Part shown: positions 45,477-55,793 of the stretch, one piece after another
Layout of the letters: each line of letters opens with the position of its first letter
Position numbering within the stretch: position 1 is the stretch's first letter
Assembly: GCA_022797145.1 (NCBI GenBank)
Contig: JAAWKA010000001.1
Coordinates: 125,745-189,744 of the forward strand
Direction of reading: 5' to 3'
Length of the DNA stretch: 64,000 bases
From: Clostridia bacterium
Lineage (GTDB): Bacteria; Bacillota; Clostridia; TANB77; CAG-508
The notes under the pieces: generated by a model
Told to the model about the DNA's origin: nothing
Database searches by the model: none
The model's input: the letters and a program-made list of their open reading frames with translations, nothing else
Position numbers and translations under genes: made by a program

Positions 45477-45950
45477 TTATAATTTATTCTTATATTCCCC
45501 TATTAATTCTTTCATCTTTTCTCTTGTTACATTACTATATAATATATCATTTATTTTTACTGAAGGTCCTTTTGAACAATTTTTCAGACAATTCTGAGTT
45601 TTTAGTGTAAATTTATTGTCTTGTGTTGTTTGTTCTATTCCTATCTTTAATTCTTTTTTTATTATATCTATTATACTTCTTGCTCCATTTTTATAGCAAT
45701 TTTTCCCTAAACATACTGTTATTATATAATTTGCTTGTTTTTTGGTAACTAATCTTTTATTATATTTAATTGTAGCATTAATTTGTGATATTGGAAGTTC
45801 TAAATATGTTGCCACCTCTTTTATTGCTTCTTCTGATATATACCCATACTTTTCTTGTATATTTTCCAATATTAAAGTAAGGTTTCCCTCTTCTGGTCTA
45901 TATTCTAACAATATTTTTTTTAACTTATCAACTTCTATATTATCTCCCAT
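45477..45950 (-). CDS. NuoE/HndA-like thioredoxin-fold [2Fe-2S] ferredoxin
   Basis: CLGKNC ... CLKNCSKGPS cysteine pattern. About 157 aa. Confidence 0.6.
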   Translation of the reverse strand: MGDNIEVDKLKKILLEYRPEEGNLTLILENIQEKYGYISEEAIKEVATYLELPISQINATIKYNKRLVTKKQANYIITVCLGKNCYKNGARSIIDIIKKELKIGIEQTTQDNKFTLKTQNCLKNCSKGPSVKINDILYSNVTREKMKELIGEYKNKL

Positions 45951-46014
45951 TGGCTATCTCCTCTTTATAAATTTAAAATATATTATTCCATAAATTAATT
46001 AGCTTTATTACTGA

Positions 46015-46824
46015 TTACTCAATATTTATCTTTCTTATTTTTTCTTTTATATCTGGTTCTTGTAATATATTACTTGCAACTTTTATAAAGTTGCATTCTA
46101 TATCTGTTAAAAAATAACTACATTCTCCTCTTTTATTCATATTATTTTCTAAACCTTTTTCTTTTAAATACTCTTTTAAATAATTTGCCATCTTTTCACC
46201 AGTATTAATTATATCCACATCATTTCCTAATTCTTCTCTTATTATTTCCTTAAATAATGGATAATGTGTACATCCAAGTATAAGCTTACTAATGTTTTGA
46301 TTTATAAATGGTTTCATATATTCTTTTATTGTTTCTTTTGCTACATTATTTACTATCCAACCTTGTTCTGCCATAGGAGCTAATAATGGACAGGCTTGGT
46401 TTATTATTTCTATATTAGGTATATTATATTTTAATTCTTTTTCCCACTTTTTACTTCTAATTGTTCCCTCTGTTGCAATTATTCCTATTTTTTCACCATT
46501 TATTGTCTGTTTTTTTATGGCTTCAATTGTAGGAGTTACAATTCCTATGATTGGTATATTAAAAGTTTCTCTTAACTCTTCTATTGCCTGTGTAGTAGCA
46601 GTTCCACAAGCAATTACTATTAGTTTTACATTCTTATCAATAAAAAATTTTACACATTTCTTAGCAATTTTGATAATATTTTCTTTAGATTTATCACCAT
46701 ATGGAAAATTTTTAGTATCTCCCAGGTATATCAGCTCTTCGTTGTATAACGCTTTTGCAATCTCTAAAAGTACTGTAAGTCCTCCTACTCCAGAATCAAA
46801 AATTCCTATTGCCCTTGTATCCAT
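46015..46824 (-). CDS. murI: Glutamate racemase
   Basis: GIFDSGVGGLTV, IACGTA, LGCTHYP motifs. Confidence 0.92.
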   Translation of the reverse strand: MDTRAIGIFDSGVGGLTVLLEIAKALYNEELIYLGDTKNFPYGDKSKENIIKIAKKCVKFFIDKNVKLIVIACGTATTQAIEELRETFNIPIIGIVTPTIEAIKKQTINGEKIGIIATEGTIRSKKWEKELKYNIPNIEIINQACPLLAPMAEQGWIVNNVAKETIKEYMKPFINQNISKLILGCTHYPLFKEIIREELGNDVDIINTGEKMANYLKEYLKEKGLENNMNKRGECSYFLTDIECNFIKVASNILQEPDIKEKIRKINIE

Positions 46825-46860
46825 TGTTTTCCCTCCACAATTTGTAGTTAATTATTTTAT

Positions 46861-49224
46861 TTACTTTCTTAATTGTATGCCTTTTTGTTCCAAATTTGTT
46901 ATGACTTTTTTTATTTTTTCTAATATTTCCTCATCTGTTAAAGTTCTTTCTTGTGCTCCAAATGATAATGAATATGCTAAACTTTTTTTATTCTTCTGTA
47001 TTCCTTTTCCTGTATACAAGTCAAATAATTCTATATTAATTAATAAATTTCCTGCTGTTCTTTTTATTAAGTTTTCTATTTCTTGTGAAGTTATTTCATT
47101 ATCTGCTATTAATGCAATATCTTTTTTTATTATTGGATATTTGGATATCTCTTTATATTTCATTTTTCCTACTCTTTTTTGTAACAGTTTATCCAAATTT
47201 ATCTCAAATACATATACATCTTGTTTTGTTATTTCTGGATGTATTTTTCCTATTACTCCTACTATATCATTATTTACTACTATATTAGCTGTTTGCCCTG
47301 TATGAAATTCTTGTGGCATTTTTTTGTCTACTACAAAACTATATCTATTTTTATATCCCAAATAATCTAATAACTCTTCTGCTACTCCTTTTATTGTATA
47401 AAAATCACTCTGTTCCTTTTTAATATTTAAATAATAATCTCCTGTCATTAAAGCACCTATTTTTGTTTCTTCTCCATACTGTTCTTCTTTTTTATAAAAG
47501 CCCTTTCCTATTTCAAATATTGATATATCTTTTACATTTCTTGCTTGATTATATTCAAATATTTTCATAAGTGATGGTATTATACTATATCTTAATGTAT
47601 TTCTTTCTTCTGTCATTGGATCTAATAATTTTACTATTTCAAATTCATCTTTTGTATATTTTTTTGCTTCCTTATCATTTATTAATATATATGATAAAAC
47701 TTCATTTAATCCCAATGCTATCATTTTATTTCGTACTTCTCTTATAGTTTTATTATAACTTCCTACTTTTAGCGGTACTACTGGTAATTTTCCTTCTATT
47801 TTATCCACTCCATAAATACGTCCTACTTCTTCTATCAAGTCTTCTTTTATTTGTATATCTATTCTTCTTTTTGGAACTAATACCCTTATTGTATCTTTTT
47901 CTATTTTACACATGAAACCTAATCTTTCAAATATTTGTAATACTTCTTCTTTTGGTATATTAATCCCTAATGTTTTATTAATTTTTGATAACTCTATCTC
48001 TATTTTTTTATCTTCTAAATTTTCTTTATTATATTCTACAAGTCCTCCTACTATTGTTGCATTAGCATACTTTTCTAATAAATGACAAGCTCTTTCAATA
48101 GCCATATATGTTCTATTTGGATCTAACCCTTTTTCAAATCTGTTACTTGCTTCACTTCTTAATATCTTTTTTGAAGTTTGCCTTACTTTTAATGGGTTAA
48201 ATATAGCTGATTCTATTATAATGCTTTTAGTAGTAAGTTCTACTTCTGTTGTTAAACCTCCCATAACTCCTGCAAGTCCTATTGGTTTTTCACCATCTGA
48301 TATTATAATATCCTCCTTTGCTAGGGTTCTTTCTACATTATCAAGTGTTATTAATTTTTCGTTTTCCTCTGCCATTCTAACTTCTATTTTATCTTTTAAT
48401 GTATTTGCATCATAGAAATGTAATGGTTGCCCTAATTCCAACATAACATAATTACTAATATCAACTACATTATTTATTGGTCTTATTCCTGATGCTATCA
48501 ACCTATTTTTTATAAATGTCGGACTTTCTTTTATGATTACATTTTCTACTTTTTTTGCTAAAAATAATGTACAATTATCTGTTTTTATATCTATTTTAAA
48601 ACTATTATTTATATCTTCTTTAGTTTGTTGGTATGATAGCTCTACTTTTTTTACTTTTTTATTATAAATTGCTCCTATTTCATATGCCATTCCTAATACA
48701 CTTAATAAATCCCCTCTATTTGCTGTTAGCTCAAAGTCTATTACACTATCATCAAGTTCTAGTTTTTTTATTGGATCTTCTCCTATTATAGAGTCTTCTG
48801 GTAATTCATGTATTCCTTCTTTATCTTCTTTTGTTAGGAATTTACTTTCTATTCCTAATTCTTCCATTGAACACAGCATTCCATTTGATTCTACTCCACG
48901 TATATTTCCTTTTTTTATCTTAATATTTCCTGCTAGTTCTGCTCCTACTAATGCAACAATTACTTTCAATCCTTCTCTTACATTTGGTGCTCCACACACA
49001 ATTTGCAAAACTTCACTTCCTACATCTACTTTACATATATGTAAATGGTCTGAATCTGGATGCATTTTACATTCTTTTACCTCACCTATTACCAGGTTTG
49101 TAGCATTAATTAATTTTTCTGAACTATCATATTCATTACCTATTTGTGTCATATCTTCTGCAAGTTTTTTTGTCTCCACATCTACATCTATATAATCCTT
49201 TACAAAATTAGTACTTAATTTCAT
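46861..49224 (-). CDS. pheT: Phenylalanine--tRNA ligase beta subunit
   Basis: [11 protein letters not shown] start, tRNA-binding, B3/4, B5 and FDX-ACB regions. Overlaps the pheS 3' end. Confidence 0.93.
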   Translation of the reverse strand: MKLSTNFVKDYIDVDVETKKLAEDMTQIGNEYDSSEKLINATNLVIGEVKECKMHPDSDHLHICKVDVGSEVLQIVCGAPNVREGLKVIVALVGAELAGNIKIKKGNIRGVESNGMLCSMEELGIESKFLTKEDKEGIHELPEDSIIGEDPIKKLELDDSVIDFELTANRGDLLSVLGMAYEIGAIYNKKVKKVELSYQQTKEDINNSFKIDIKTDNCTLFLAKKVENVIIKESPTFIKNRLIASGIRPINNVVDISNYVMLELGQPLHFYDANTLKDKIEVRMAEENEKLITLDNVERTLAKEDIIISDGEKPIGLAGVMGGLTTEVELTTKSIIIESAIFNPLKVRQTSKKILRSEASNRFEKGLDPNRTYMAIERACHLLEKYANATIVGGLVEYNKENLEDKKIEIELSKINKTLGINIPKEEVLQIFERLGFMCKIEKDTIRVLVPKRRIDIQIKEDLIEEVGRIYGVDKIEGKLPVVPLKVGSYNKTIREVRNKMIALGLNEVLSYILINDKEAKKYTKDEFEIVKLLDPMTEERNTLRYSIIPSLMKIFEYNQARNVKDISIFEIGKGFYKKEEQYGEETKIGALMTGDYYLNIKKEQSDFYTIKGVAEELLDYLGYKNRYSFVVDKKMPQEFHTGQTANIVVNNDIVGVIGKIHPEITKQDVYVFEINLDKLLQKRVGKMKYKEISKYPIIKKDIALIADNEITSQEIENLIKRTAGNLLINIELFDLYTGKGIQKNKKSLAYSLSFGAQERTLTDEEILEKIKKVITNLEQKGIQLRK

Positions 49225-50263
49225 TTTCTTCATCCTTTCTATCAAATTGTTTTAAAAACCTTACATCATTTGTATACAAAAGTCTAATATCAGTAATTCC
49301 ATATTTAAACATTGCAAGTCTATCAAGTCCTGTTCCAAAAGCAAATCCACTATATATTTCTGGGTTATATCCATTCATTTTTAGAACGTTTGGGTGAACT
49401 ATTCCAGAACCTAATATTTCTATCCAACCTGTTTGTTTGCATAAATTGCATCCCTTTCCTCCACATTTAAAACAACTTACATCCACTTCGTATGAAGGTT
49501 CTGTAAATGGAAAATAACTTGGTCTAAATCTTAATTTTGAATTTTCTCCCAACATCTTTTTTACAAATATTTCTAGAGTCCCTTTTAAATCTGCAAAAGA
49601 AATGTCTTTGTCTATAACTAAGCCTTCTACTTGCCCAAATTGATGTGAATGTGTTGCATCATCATCTCTTCTATAAGTTTTTCCTGGACATATTATTCTA
49701 ATTGGTGTTTTTTCTTTGTTATTCATCATTGTTCTTGCTTGTACTGCAGATGTCTGTGTTCTTAATAAATATTCTTTACTAACATAAAAACTATCTTGCA
49801 TATCTCTTGCTGGATGTCCTTTAGGTAAATTTAACCTTTCAAAGCAGTATTCATCTGTTTCTAATTCTGGTCCTTGTACAACATCATATCCCATAGATAC
49901 AAATAGATCTTCTATTTCTTCTATAACTCTATTTATTGGATGTTTACTTCCCCTTATTACTTTTTTACTTGGAAGAGTAATATCTATTTTTTCTCTTTCT
50001 AATTTATCTTGTAATTCCTTTTGTTTAAATGCTTTTTCTTTTTGTTCTATTTTTTCTTCTATCTCATCTCTTAATTTGTTTACAAGTTCTCCTATTTTAG
50101 GTCTTTCTTCTTTTGAAAGACTTCCCATCATTCTTAATACTGCTGTTAATTCACCTTTTTTTCCTAAATATTTTACTCTTATCTCATTTAGGTAGTTTAA
50201 ATCTACTACCTCTTCAATTTCTTGATTTGCTATTTGTGCAATTTCTTTTAATTTTTCTTTCAT
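49208..50263 (-). CDS. pheS: Phenylalanine--tRNA ligase alpha subunit
   Basis: Class II motifs ([23 protein letters not shown]). The true start is ATG 50263 (AAAGGA 8 nt upstream). The ORF-track N-terminal extension is the T-box leader. Confidence 0.93.
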   Translation of the reverse strand: MKEKLKEIAQIANQEIEEVVDLNYLNEIRVKYLGKKGELTAVLRMMGSLSKEERPKIGELVNKLRDEIEEKIEQKEKAFKQKELQDKLEREKIDITLPSKKVIRGSKHPINRVIEEIEDLFVSMGYDVVQGPELETDEYCFERLNLPKGHPARDMQDSFYVSKEYLLRTQTSAVQARTMMNNKEKTPIRIICPGKTYRRDDDATHSHQFGQVEGLVIDKDISFADLKGTLEIFVKKMLGENSKLRFRPSYFPFTEPSYEVDVSCFKCGGKGCNLCKQTGWIEILGSGIVHPNVLKMNGYNPEIYSGFAFGTGLDRLAMFKYGITDIRLLYTNDVRFLKQFDRKDEENEIKY

Positions 50264-50269
50264 TCTATT

Positions 50270-50540
50270 ATTCCTTTCCAGTTTATTAAAATATTTTACA
50301 TATATTTTGTACAAAAAATCCATTTCTTCCTTACTATATAGGACGAAATGGATCGTGGTACCACCTAATTTCATTAATCTAAAATTAACCTTAAAAGTTA
50401 TAACGTAACAACCGTTTAATTCTACTATTTTTTCAAATTAACACTAAAAAAGTGAACTTTCAATTAAACTATACAGTTTTAGGCTTTCAGCTATTGCCTA
50501 AATTCTCTTTACTGAAATGTTATTTAATCTACTTTGCTTT
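50270..50540 (-). promoter_or_regulatory. T-box riboswitch leader, Phe specifier (UUC)
   Basis: Minus strand shows an AGAGA box, the specifier context GAAAG-TTC-A (TTC = complement of 50454-50456), the T-box sequence AAATTAGGTGGTACCACG, and the terminator ATCCATTTC...GAAATGGAT followed by TTTTTT (50314-50354). Confidence 0.88.
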
Positions 50541-50627
50541 TTTATAAGTTTTTTGTTTTTATTATATTAGCATATATAATAAAAATATTCAAGTTTTTCT
50601 ACTCATTTTTAATTAAATTATTATATA

Positions 50628-50830
50628 ATCCCCACCTTAGCCGTTAGTATCAAGAAATTTTACGGACCTGTACTCATACAGGTGGGTGCTTACCTAGATA
50701 CTAATGGGTTTCTTACATAAATGCAAGCATACACGCCATATCTAGAGCTGGGCTCCCTTTCCGAAACTTGTAGGTTCTAAAATCTCTTGCTATCGAACTA
50801 CGCAGGGAATTTAGTGGTTTGTTCTTTTAT
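50628..50830 (-). ncRNA. ssrS: Candidate 6S RNA
   Basis: A roughly 200-nt GC-enriched block in an AT-rich spacer. The 5' AAUUCCCUGCGUAGUUCGAUAGCAAGAGAUUUU pairs imperfectly with the 3' AAAAUUUCUUGAUACUAACGGCUAAGGUGGGGAUU. There is a terminal stem CUAGAUAUGG...CCAUUAGUAUCUAG and a small hairpin CCUGUA-UGAG-UACAGG on the 3' side of a central bubble. TTGAAA-18-TAATAT promoter lies just upstream. Confidence 0.55.
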
Positions 50831-51007
50831 CATGTTTATATTAACATATTCTTTGTTTTTATTTCAAGTTTCTATTTTTTCTTTTTAGTTAGTTTATAGT
50901 TATTTAATTTTATTTTTCTTTATCTTTTCTAATATTCTCTTTACTATTTATGATTATTTATTATTTGATTTTTATATCTTTTTTTGGTAGAATATATTGG
51001 TTTGATT

Positions 51008-51790
51008 TTACCTTATAAAGTAGTATGCAATTACTATAATTCCTATTATTATTCTATATATTGAAAATATTTTAAAATTTCCTTTTTTTAGGTATTCTAA
51101 TAAAAATTTTATTACTAAAATTCCCACTAAAAAACTTATAATTACCCCTATAAAAAATGGTATATTAAATACAAAGTCTTTAAATTTGTATATGGTTGCT
51201 GCAAGCACTATTGGTGCTGATAGCATAAAAGAATATTTAGCAGTAGACTCTCTTTCTACTCCCATTAATCTTCCTGTTGTCATTGTTATTCCTGAACGAG
51301 ATACTCCTGGTATAAATGCTAAGGCTTGTGATAATCCTATTAAAAAAGTTTGTTTAAAAGTCATATCTTCATATTTAGTTTTATTTTTTGATGTTTTATC
51401 TACAATATATAAAGCAATTCCCATACAAATTAGAGCTATGGCTATTATTAATGGTTGTGTTAATATATTTTGAGCATATTTATCTAGTATAAATCCTATT
51501 GCTCCTCCTGGTATTGTAGCAATTACTATGTATATGAACATTGTTCCTTGAGTTGATTTTTCTTTTTTTATTATTTGTTTATATCCACCTTTTATTAGTT
51601 CAATCCAATCTCTGAAAAAGAATATTCCTATTGCTAATAGTGTTCCAAAATGTAAAGCCACATCAAAACTTTCTGGTATATTCCAGTTAAAAGCCCAAGG
51701 TATTAAAAATAAGTGTGCTGAGCTTGATATTGGTAGTAATTCTGTAAGTCCTTGGACTATTCCTAATATTATTGCTTGTATTATGGTCAT
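51008..51790 (-). CDS. uppP: Undecaprenyl-diphosphate phosphatase
   Basis: BacA/UppP motifs (LPISSSAHL, PGVSRSG) and 8 TM helices. Confidence 0.92.
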   Translation of the reverse strand: MTIIQAIILGIVQGLTELLPISSSAHLFLIPWAFNWNIPESFDVALHFGTLLAIGIFFFRDWIELIKGGYKQIIKKEKSTQGTMFIYIVIATIPGGAIGFILDKYAQNILTQPLIIAIALICMGIALYIVDKTSKNKTKYEDMTFKQTFLIGLSQALAFIPGVSRSGITMTTGRLMGVERESTAKYSFMLSAPIVLAATIYKFKDFVFNIPFFIGVIISFLVGILVIKFLLEYLKKGNFKIFSIYRIIIGIIVIAYYFIR

Positions 51791-51805
51791 AATTTCCTCC
51801 TTTGT

Positions 51806-52663
51806 TTATTTAGTCTCTTTAAATATGTTATCTAAAGTCTGTTTCATAAATTCTGCTGAAGTAACTGGTGATACTTTTCCTGGTAATGATAATGCCCATA
51901 CAAATTTTATTCCCGCTTCTTTTACCTCTTCTCTATTTACTCCTCCTGGGTTTGAAGCAAGGTCTATTATTAGTGCATCCTTTTTTACTTTTTGCAATTC
52001 TTCTTTTTCTAATACTACATAAGGTATTGTATTTATGATAATATCATATTTATGTAAATTTTCTTTTAAATCTACTAATTCTATTGGTTCATATCCATAT
52101 GCTTTTATCCAAGCAATATCTGTATTTTTCCTTGCTTCACATGCTACTTTTGCTCCTATTCCTTGTAACATTTTTGCAAGTACTTTTCCAACTCTTCCAA
52201 ATCCTAATATTAGTATATTATTTCCATGTAAATTTTTTGATGTTTCTTTTATTGCTATTTGAATTGCTCCTTCTGCTGTAGAAATAGCATTTAGTACTGC
52301 AAACTCTTCTCTTTTTGCAATATCTATCATTTCTATTTGTTTTTCTTTTGCTTGTTCAAATATATCTTGTCTTATTGCTCCTGCTACTACTATTTTTCCT
52401 TTTGCTGCTTCTATAAATTCTTGAATTTTTATTTTTTTATTTCCAAATGGTGTAGTTATATCTTCTTCATTGCTAAATGGTATTGGTCCAATTATAATAT
52501 CTGCTCCTTCTACACATTCTTGTAATGTGTTACACTTGTTCATTGGTATTGTAAAGTTTTTTTCTAATCCATATGTTGATATCTCATATTTATCTTTTTC
52601 TAACATCTCAATTAATTTTATAGTTCTTACATCTCCACCTATAATTGAAATTTTTTTTATCAA
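51806..52663 (-). CDS. Dipicolinate synthase subunit A-like NAD(P)-binding protein
   Basis: ISIIGGDVR N-terminus and GFGRVG Rossmann motif. About 285 aa. No dpaB follows. Confidence 0.5.
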   Translation of the reverse strand: MIKKISIIGGDVRTIKLIEMLEKDKYEISTYGLEKNFTIPMNKCNTLQECVEGADIIIGPIPFSNEEDITTPFGNKKIKIQEFIEAAKGKIVVAGAIRQDIFEQAKEKQIEMIDIAKREEFAVLNAISTAEGAIQIAIKETSKNLHGNNILILGFGRVGKVLAKMLQGIGAKVACEARKNTDIAWIKAYGYEPIELVDLKENLHKYDIIINTIPYVVLEKEELQKVKKDALIIDLASNPGGVNREEVKEAGIKFVWALSLPGKVSPVTSAEFMKQTLDNIFKETK

Positions 52664-52689
52664 TTAAATCACTATCCTTTCCTTATATT

Positions 52690-53892
52690 TTATTTTTCAT
52701 TTTCTTTTTCTATGTCTATTATTTTTGTATTTTTTTGTTCTCTTAATTTTAATTCATTTCTACTTAGTTTTCCAACTAATTTTGTTGTTTTTTCTAGATG
52801 CTGTTGTGCTTTTTTCTCTTTTTTAGTAAGTTTTGTTGTTATTTTCTGTTCCTCTTCCATATCAGGAAAATTAATATATGTTTTTATTGTTATAAATAGT
52901 GGTTCTTCTTCTGCCTTTTTATATAAACTATGATCAATGTCTATTGCAACATTTATATATTTTATTGCATTATCTTTATCTCCTTTTAATATACATATTT
53001 TGGCTAAATGGTAATATGCTTTTGGTTCTATATCTTCACTCATAGTACTTCTTAAGAAAAATTTCTCTGCTTCTTCTAAGTCATTATATATTAAACTTAT
53101 TTGTGCAAGTTTATAATATGAATTATATAATAATGTATTTATTTGAGCTGCTTTTTCATAACATATTTTTGCATTTTGAAAATCATTTAGCATTGTATAT
53201 ACCATTCCCATATTATAATATAGATCATAATCATTAGGATTATATTTTAGTGCTTCATTATAAATATTTATTGCTTCTTTGTATCTTTCTTGTTCATGAT
53301 ATATATCTCCTAATAGTTGAGTTGCTTCCTTAAAATCTGGCTTTTTTTGTAATAATGTTTCTAACATTTGTGAAGATTCTTCTTTTTTATCTAATTCATA
53401 CAATAAATATGATATCTTGTAATATGAGTTATAATCTTTTTTATTAATATCAATTACTTGTACATATTCATCTATTGCCTTTCTCATTCCTCCTTCTTTT
53501 TCATATAGTTCTGCAAGTAATTTATGGCCAAAATAGCTCTCTGGATATTTACTTACTAAATTTATTAAAAATTTTTTTGCCATTTTAGGTTTGTTTATAA
53601 ATATTGAAATTTTGGCTAATGACAGAAATATTAATTCTGAAAAATTAATATTTCTATGTTCAACTATTATTACTAATATTGGAATAATTACTGAACATAT
53701 ATATATAATAGATTTCATAAATATATTGATATTTATATTAAATATTATTTCTAAAAAATTTATTGTAATCCCTACTACTTGAATAACTAAAATAAAAAGA
53801 TAGTTTGTATCATTCTTTCTTATCATTTTAAAAAAAATAAATATAAAAAATGAAAATGCCAATACATTAAATATAATTTTCTCAATTAACAT
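52690..53892 (-). CDS. Membrane-anchored TPR-repeat protein
   Basis: Four or five N-terminal TM helices followed by repeated TPR-like units (YYxLAxxYxxxGxxxxAIxxY). Confidence 0.7.
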   Translation of the reverse strand: MLIEKIIFNVLAFSFFIFIFFKMIRKNDTNYLFILVIQVVGITINFLEIIFNININIFMKSIIYICSVIIPILVIIVEHRNINFSELIFLSLAKISIFINKPKMAKKFLINLVSKYPESYFGHKLLAELYEKEGGMRKAIDEYVQVIDINKKDYNSYYKISYLLYELDKKEESSQMLETLLQKKPDFKEATQLLGDIYHEQERYKEAINIYNEALKYNPNDYDLYYNMGMVYTMLNDFQNAKICYEKAAQINTLLYNSYYKLAQISLIYNDLEEAEKFFLRSTMSEDIEPKAYYHLAKICILKGDKDNAIKYINVAIDIDHSLYKKAEEEPLFITIKTYINFPDMEEEQKITTKLTKKEKKAQQHLEKTTKLVGKLSRNELKLREQKNTKIIDIEKENEK

Positions 53893-54061
53893 TTTCTGAG
53901 TTCTCCTCCTTTTTATTGATGCTACTATTTTATGATATTTTGTGGTAAAAGTCTAGTGCTATTGTTTATTTTTTAATAATAGTGTTGTATCTATGAGTAA
54001 ACAATATAACTGTTTGGATTTAGCTCAATTATTTATTCACATTTTTCGCATATTTTTATTT

Positions 54062-54268
54062 TTTTATTAATTCTTAAGGGTTTGTCCTTCAATGTATATA
54101 AGCGATATTTTAATACTGGCTTTCCTGCTCTCAATTCTAGTTGATGGATTTTAGGTTTTAATAGTCCTTGTGTCCACTTAATTAAATATGCTTATCTTAA
54201 CTCCTCTTAATTGAAAAAGAATGTGCTTTTAAAAATACATCAAGGTTATGCGATAGCACATTCATTTT
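54062..54268. repeat. Direct repeat, copy 1 (diverged homologue of 59367-59553)
   Basis: TTTTATTAATTCTTAAGGGTTTGTCCTTCAATGTATATAAGCGAT...CTTTCCTGCTCTCAATTCTAGTTGATGG...TTATGCGATAGCACATTCATTT aligns with copy 2. Confidence 0.75.
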
Positions 54269-54325
54269 AAGCTTGACTTGATTTTATAAAGCACATTACA
54301 ATTTTTATAGAGGATTTAATTTATT

Positions 54326-54881
54326 TTATAACCTCCAATTCAAAAGATTATATTTATCTTCTTTTTCTAGTAAATTGATTTGTCTTTTTATCTCTTCTAT
54401 ATCTTCATTATTAAATCTTTCAAATTTATCATAAAATCCTGTAGATTTATTAGGGAAAATTAATGCTTCTCCCCAAGTTTGAGTTGTTGAATCTTTTGTT
54501 CTACCATATAAGTGAATATGAAATTCTGGATTCATTCCTTTTTGGTATGCCCAGTTTCCATTTTCTTGATAATTTTTAGTAATATAAATATTTTCAAATT
54601 TTTGGGCTTTTTTGTAAATTATTTTTACTTTGCTTAGATTCTAGTTAGATGTTTTAGACATAACAGAATACTTACTATTTATAATATGGATTTAATGACT
54701 TATAATATTGAATACCTACTTTTGGAAATTCATACTTTTCTCCTTTTTCTACCTCATTAATAATTTTTGATGCAGGCTCTAAATAATTATCTATATTGTC
54801 ACTAATTATAATTACCTCTAACATTTTTGTTTTTACGAAAATTCCCTCTTCTCTAAACTCTTTCATATGATTTCCTATCAT
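54326..54881 (-). pseudogene. Fragmented ORF pair; the distal part has a weak HIT-like HxHxx motif
   Basis: ORF 54326-54535 has an in-frame start-less upstream extension (NLSKVKIIYKKAQKFENIYITKNYQENGNWAYQKG-MNPEFHIHLYGR). ORF 54675-54881 is in another frame. The family call is tentative. Confidence 0.3.
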
Positions 54882-54902
54882 ATGTAGAACTTGATTTTTA
54901 AA

Positions 54903-55326
54903 TTATTCATCAATTTCATATTTACTTAAATAATTATCCACAATATGTGTTCCTTCATATGAATGTCCCAATAATTCCGCTCCATTACCTTTTCTTGCTA
55001 TATAATCTTTACTTTCAGAAAAATCATTATACTCATTAGTTTTCCTATGTCATGTAATAAAGCACCAAATATGATTAAATCCATATCTATGTTTAAATTT
55101 GGATACATATTTGCAATATTATAAGAATTTCTAGTTACACAGTAAATATGATAAAGTAATCCCCCTTTGAAATAATGATGTCTACCTGGTGTTGCAAGTT
55201 TATTTATTAGTAGCTCTTTATAATCATTATATATTTCTCGACAACATTCTTTTAATATTGGATTTTTATCTTATTACAATATTCAATACAATTATTATAG
55301 CATTCTTCTATTTCTTTATCAGTCAT
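54903..55326 (-). pseudogene. HD-domain phosphohydrolase (YhaM-like HD core) with two frameshifts, both at A-runs
   Basis: Manual three-frame reading gives MTDKEIEECYNNCIEYCNKIK / ILKECCREIYNDYKELLINKLATPGRHHYFKGGLLYHIYCVTRNSYNIANMYPNLNIDMDLIIFGALLHDIGK / NEYNDFSESKDYIARKGNGAELLGHSYEGTHIVDNYLSKYEIDE. The frame breaks fall at 55263-55267 and 55040-55043. Confidence 0.7.
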
Positions 55327-55768
55327 TTGAATCTTCTCCTTTTTGGCTTATATAGTCCTCTAATATATATCTTTGATATTCATGAAAAAGTTTATCTTTA
55401 TATTCTCTTGGACTTACCCATAAAACCCTATGGTCTTTTTCTATAGGTTCAGTTATTTTTTTATCAAAATTTGCTATATAAAATGTCGCAGTTACATCTA
55501 ATGGACCTCTTTTTCCTCCATGTGCCCATGCAGTAACTTTATCAAAACATTTGATATTTTTTATGCTATATCCTGTTTCTTCTATTACTTCTCTTTTTAA
55601 TGCTTCAATTTCTGTTTCTTCATTTTCAATTCCTCCACCTAAAAAGAAATAAGTTTTTCCTTCTGTAGCTATTGCTATTTTTTTATCCTCTTTTCTTTCT
55701 ATTATTACATATGAAGCAGATCTTTTAGTATATATTACACCTTCTACTTTGTTTCCTATTCTTATCAT
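55319..55768 (-). CDS. NUDIX hydrolase
   Basis: Canonical NUDIX box GGGIENEETEIEALKREVIEETGY. The stop overlaps the start of the HD gene (ATGACTGA). Confidence 0.85.
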   Translation of the reverse strand: MIRIGNKVEGVIYTKRSASYVIIERKEDKKIAIATEGKTYFFLGGGIENEETEIEALKREVIEETGYSIKNIKCFDKVTAWAHGGKRGPLDVTATFYIANFDKKITEPIEKDHRVLWVSPREYKDKLFHEYQRYILEDYISQKGEDSND

Positions 55769-55793
55769 ATTTCTCTCCTATTCTAACTGTTAT

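Noticed and set aside
46517-47305. 262-aa plus-strand ORF spanning the murI/pheT junction. Many similar plus-strand ORFs exist (for example 11342-11953, 12721-13359, 37914-38471, 31535-32035).
   Set aside because: These ORFs are entirely antisense to well-conserved minus-strand genes. Their translations are low-complexity and F/L/S/I-rich, and they lack SD sequences. This is the expected artefact of AT-rich codon usage.
50264-50374. N-terminal 37 codons of the ORF-track pheS ([17 protein letters not shown]...).
   Set aside because: This stretch encodes the T-box sequence (GGTGGTACCACG) and the terminator of the leader RNA. The real pheS start is ATG 50263, which has its own SD.
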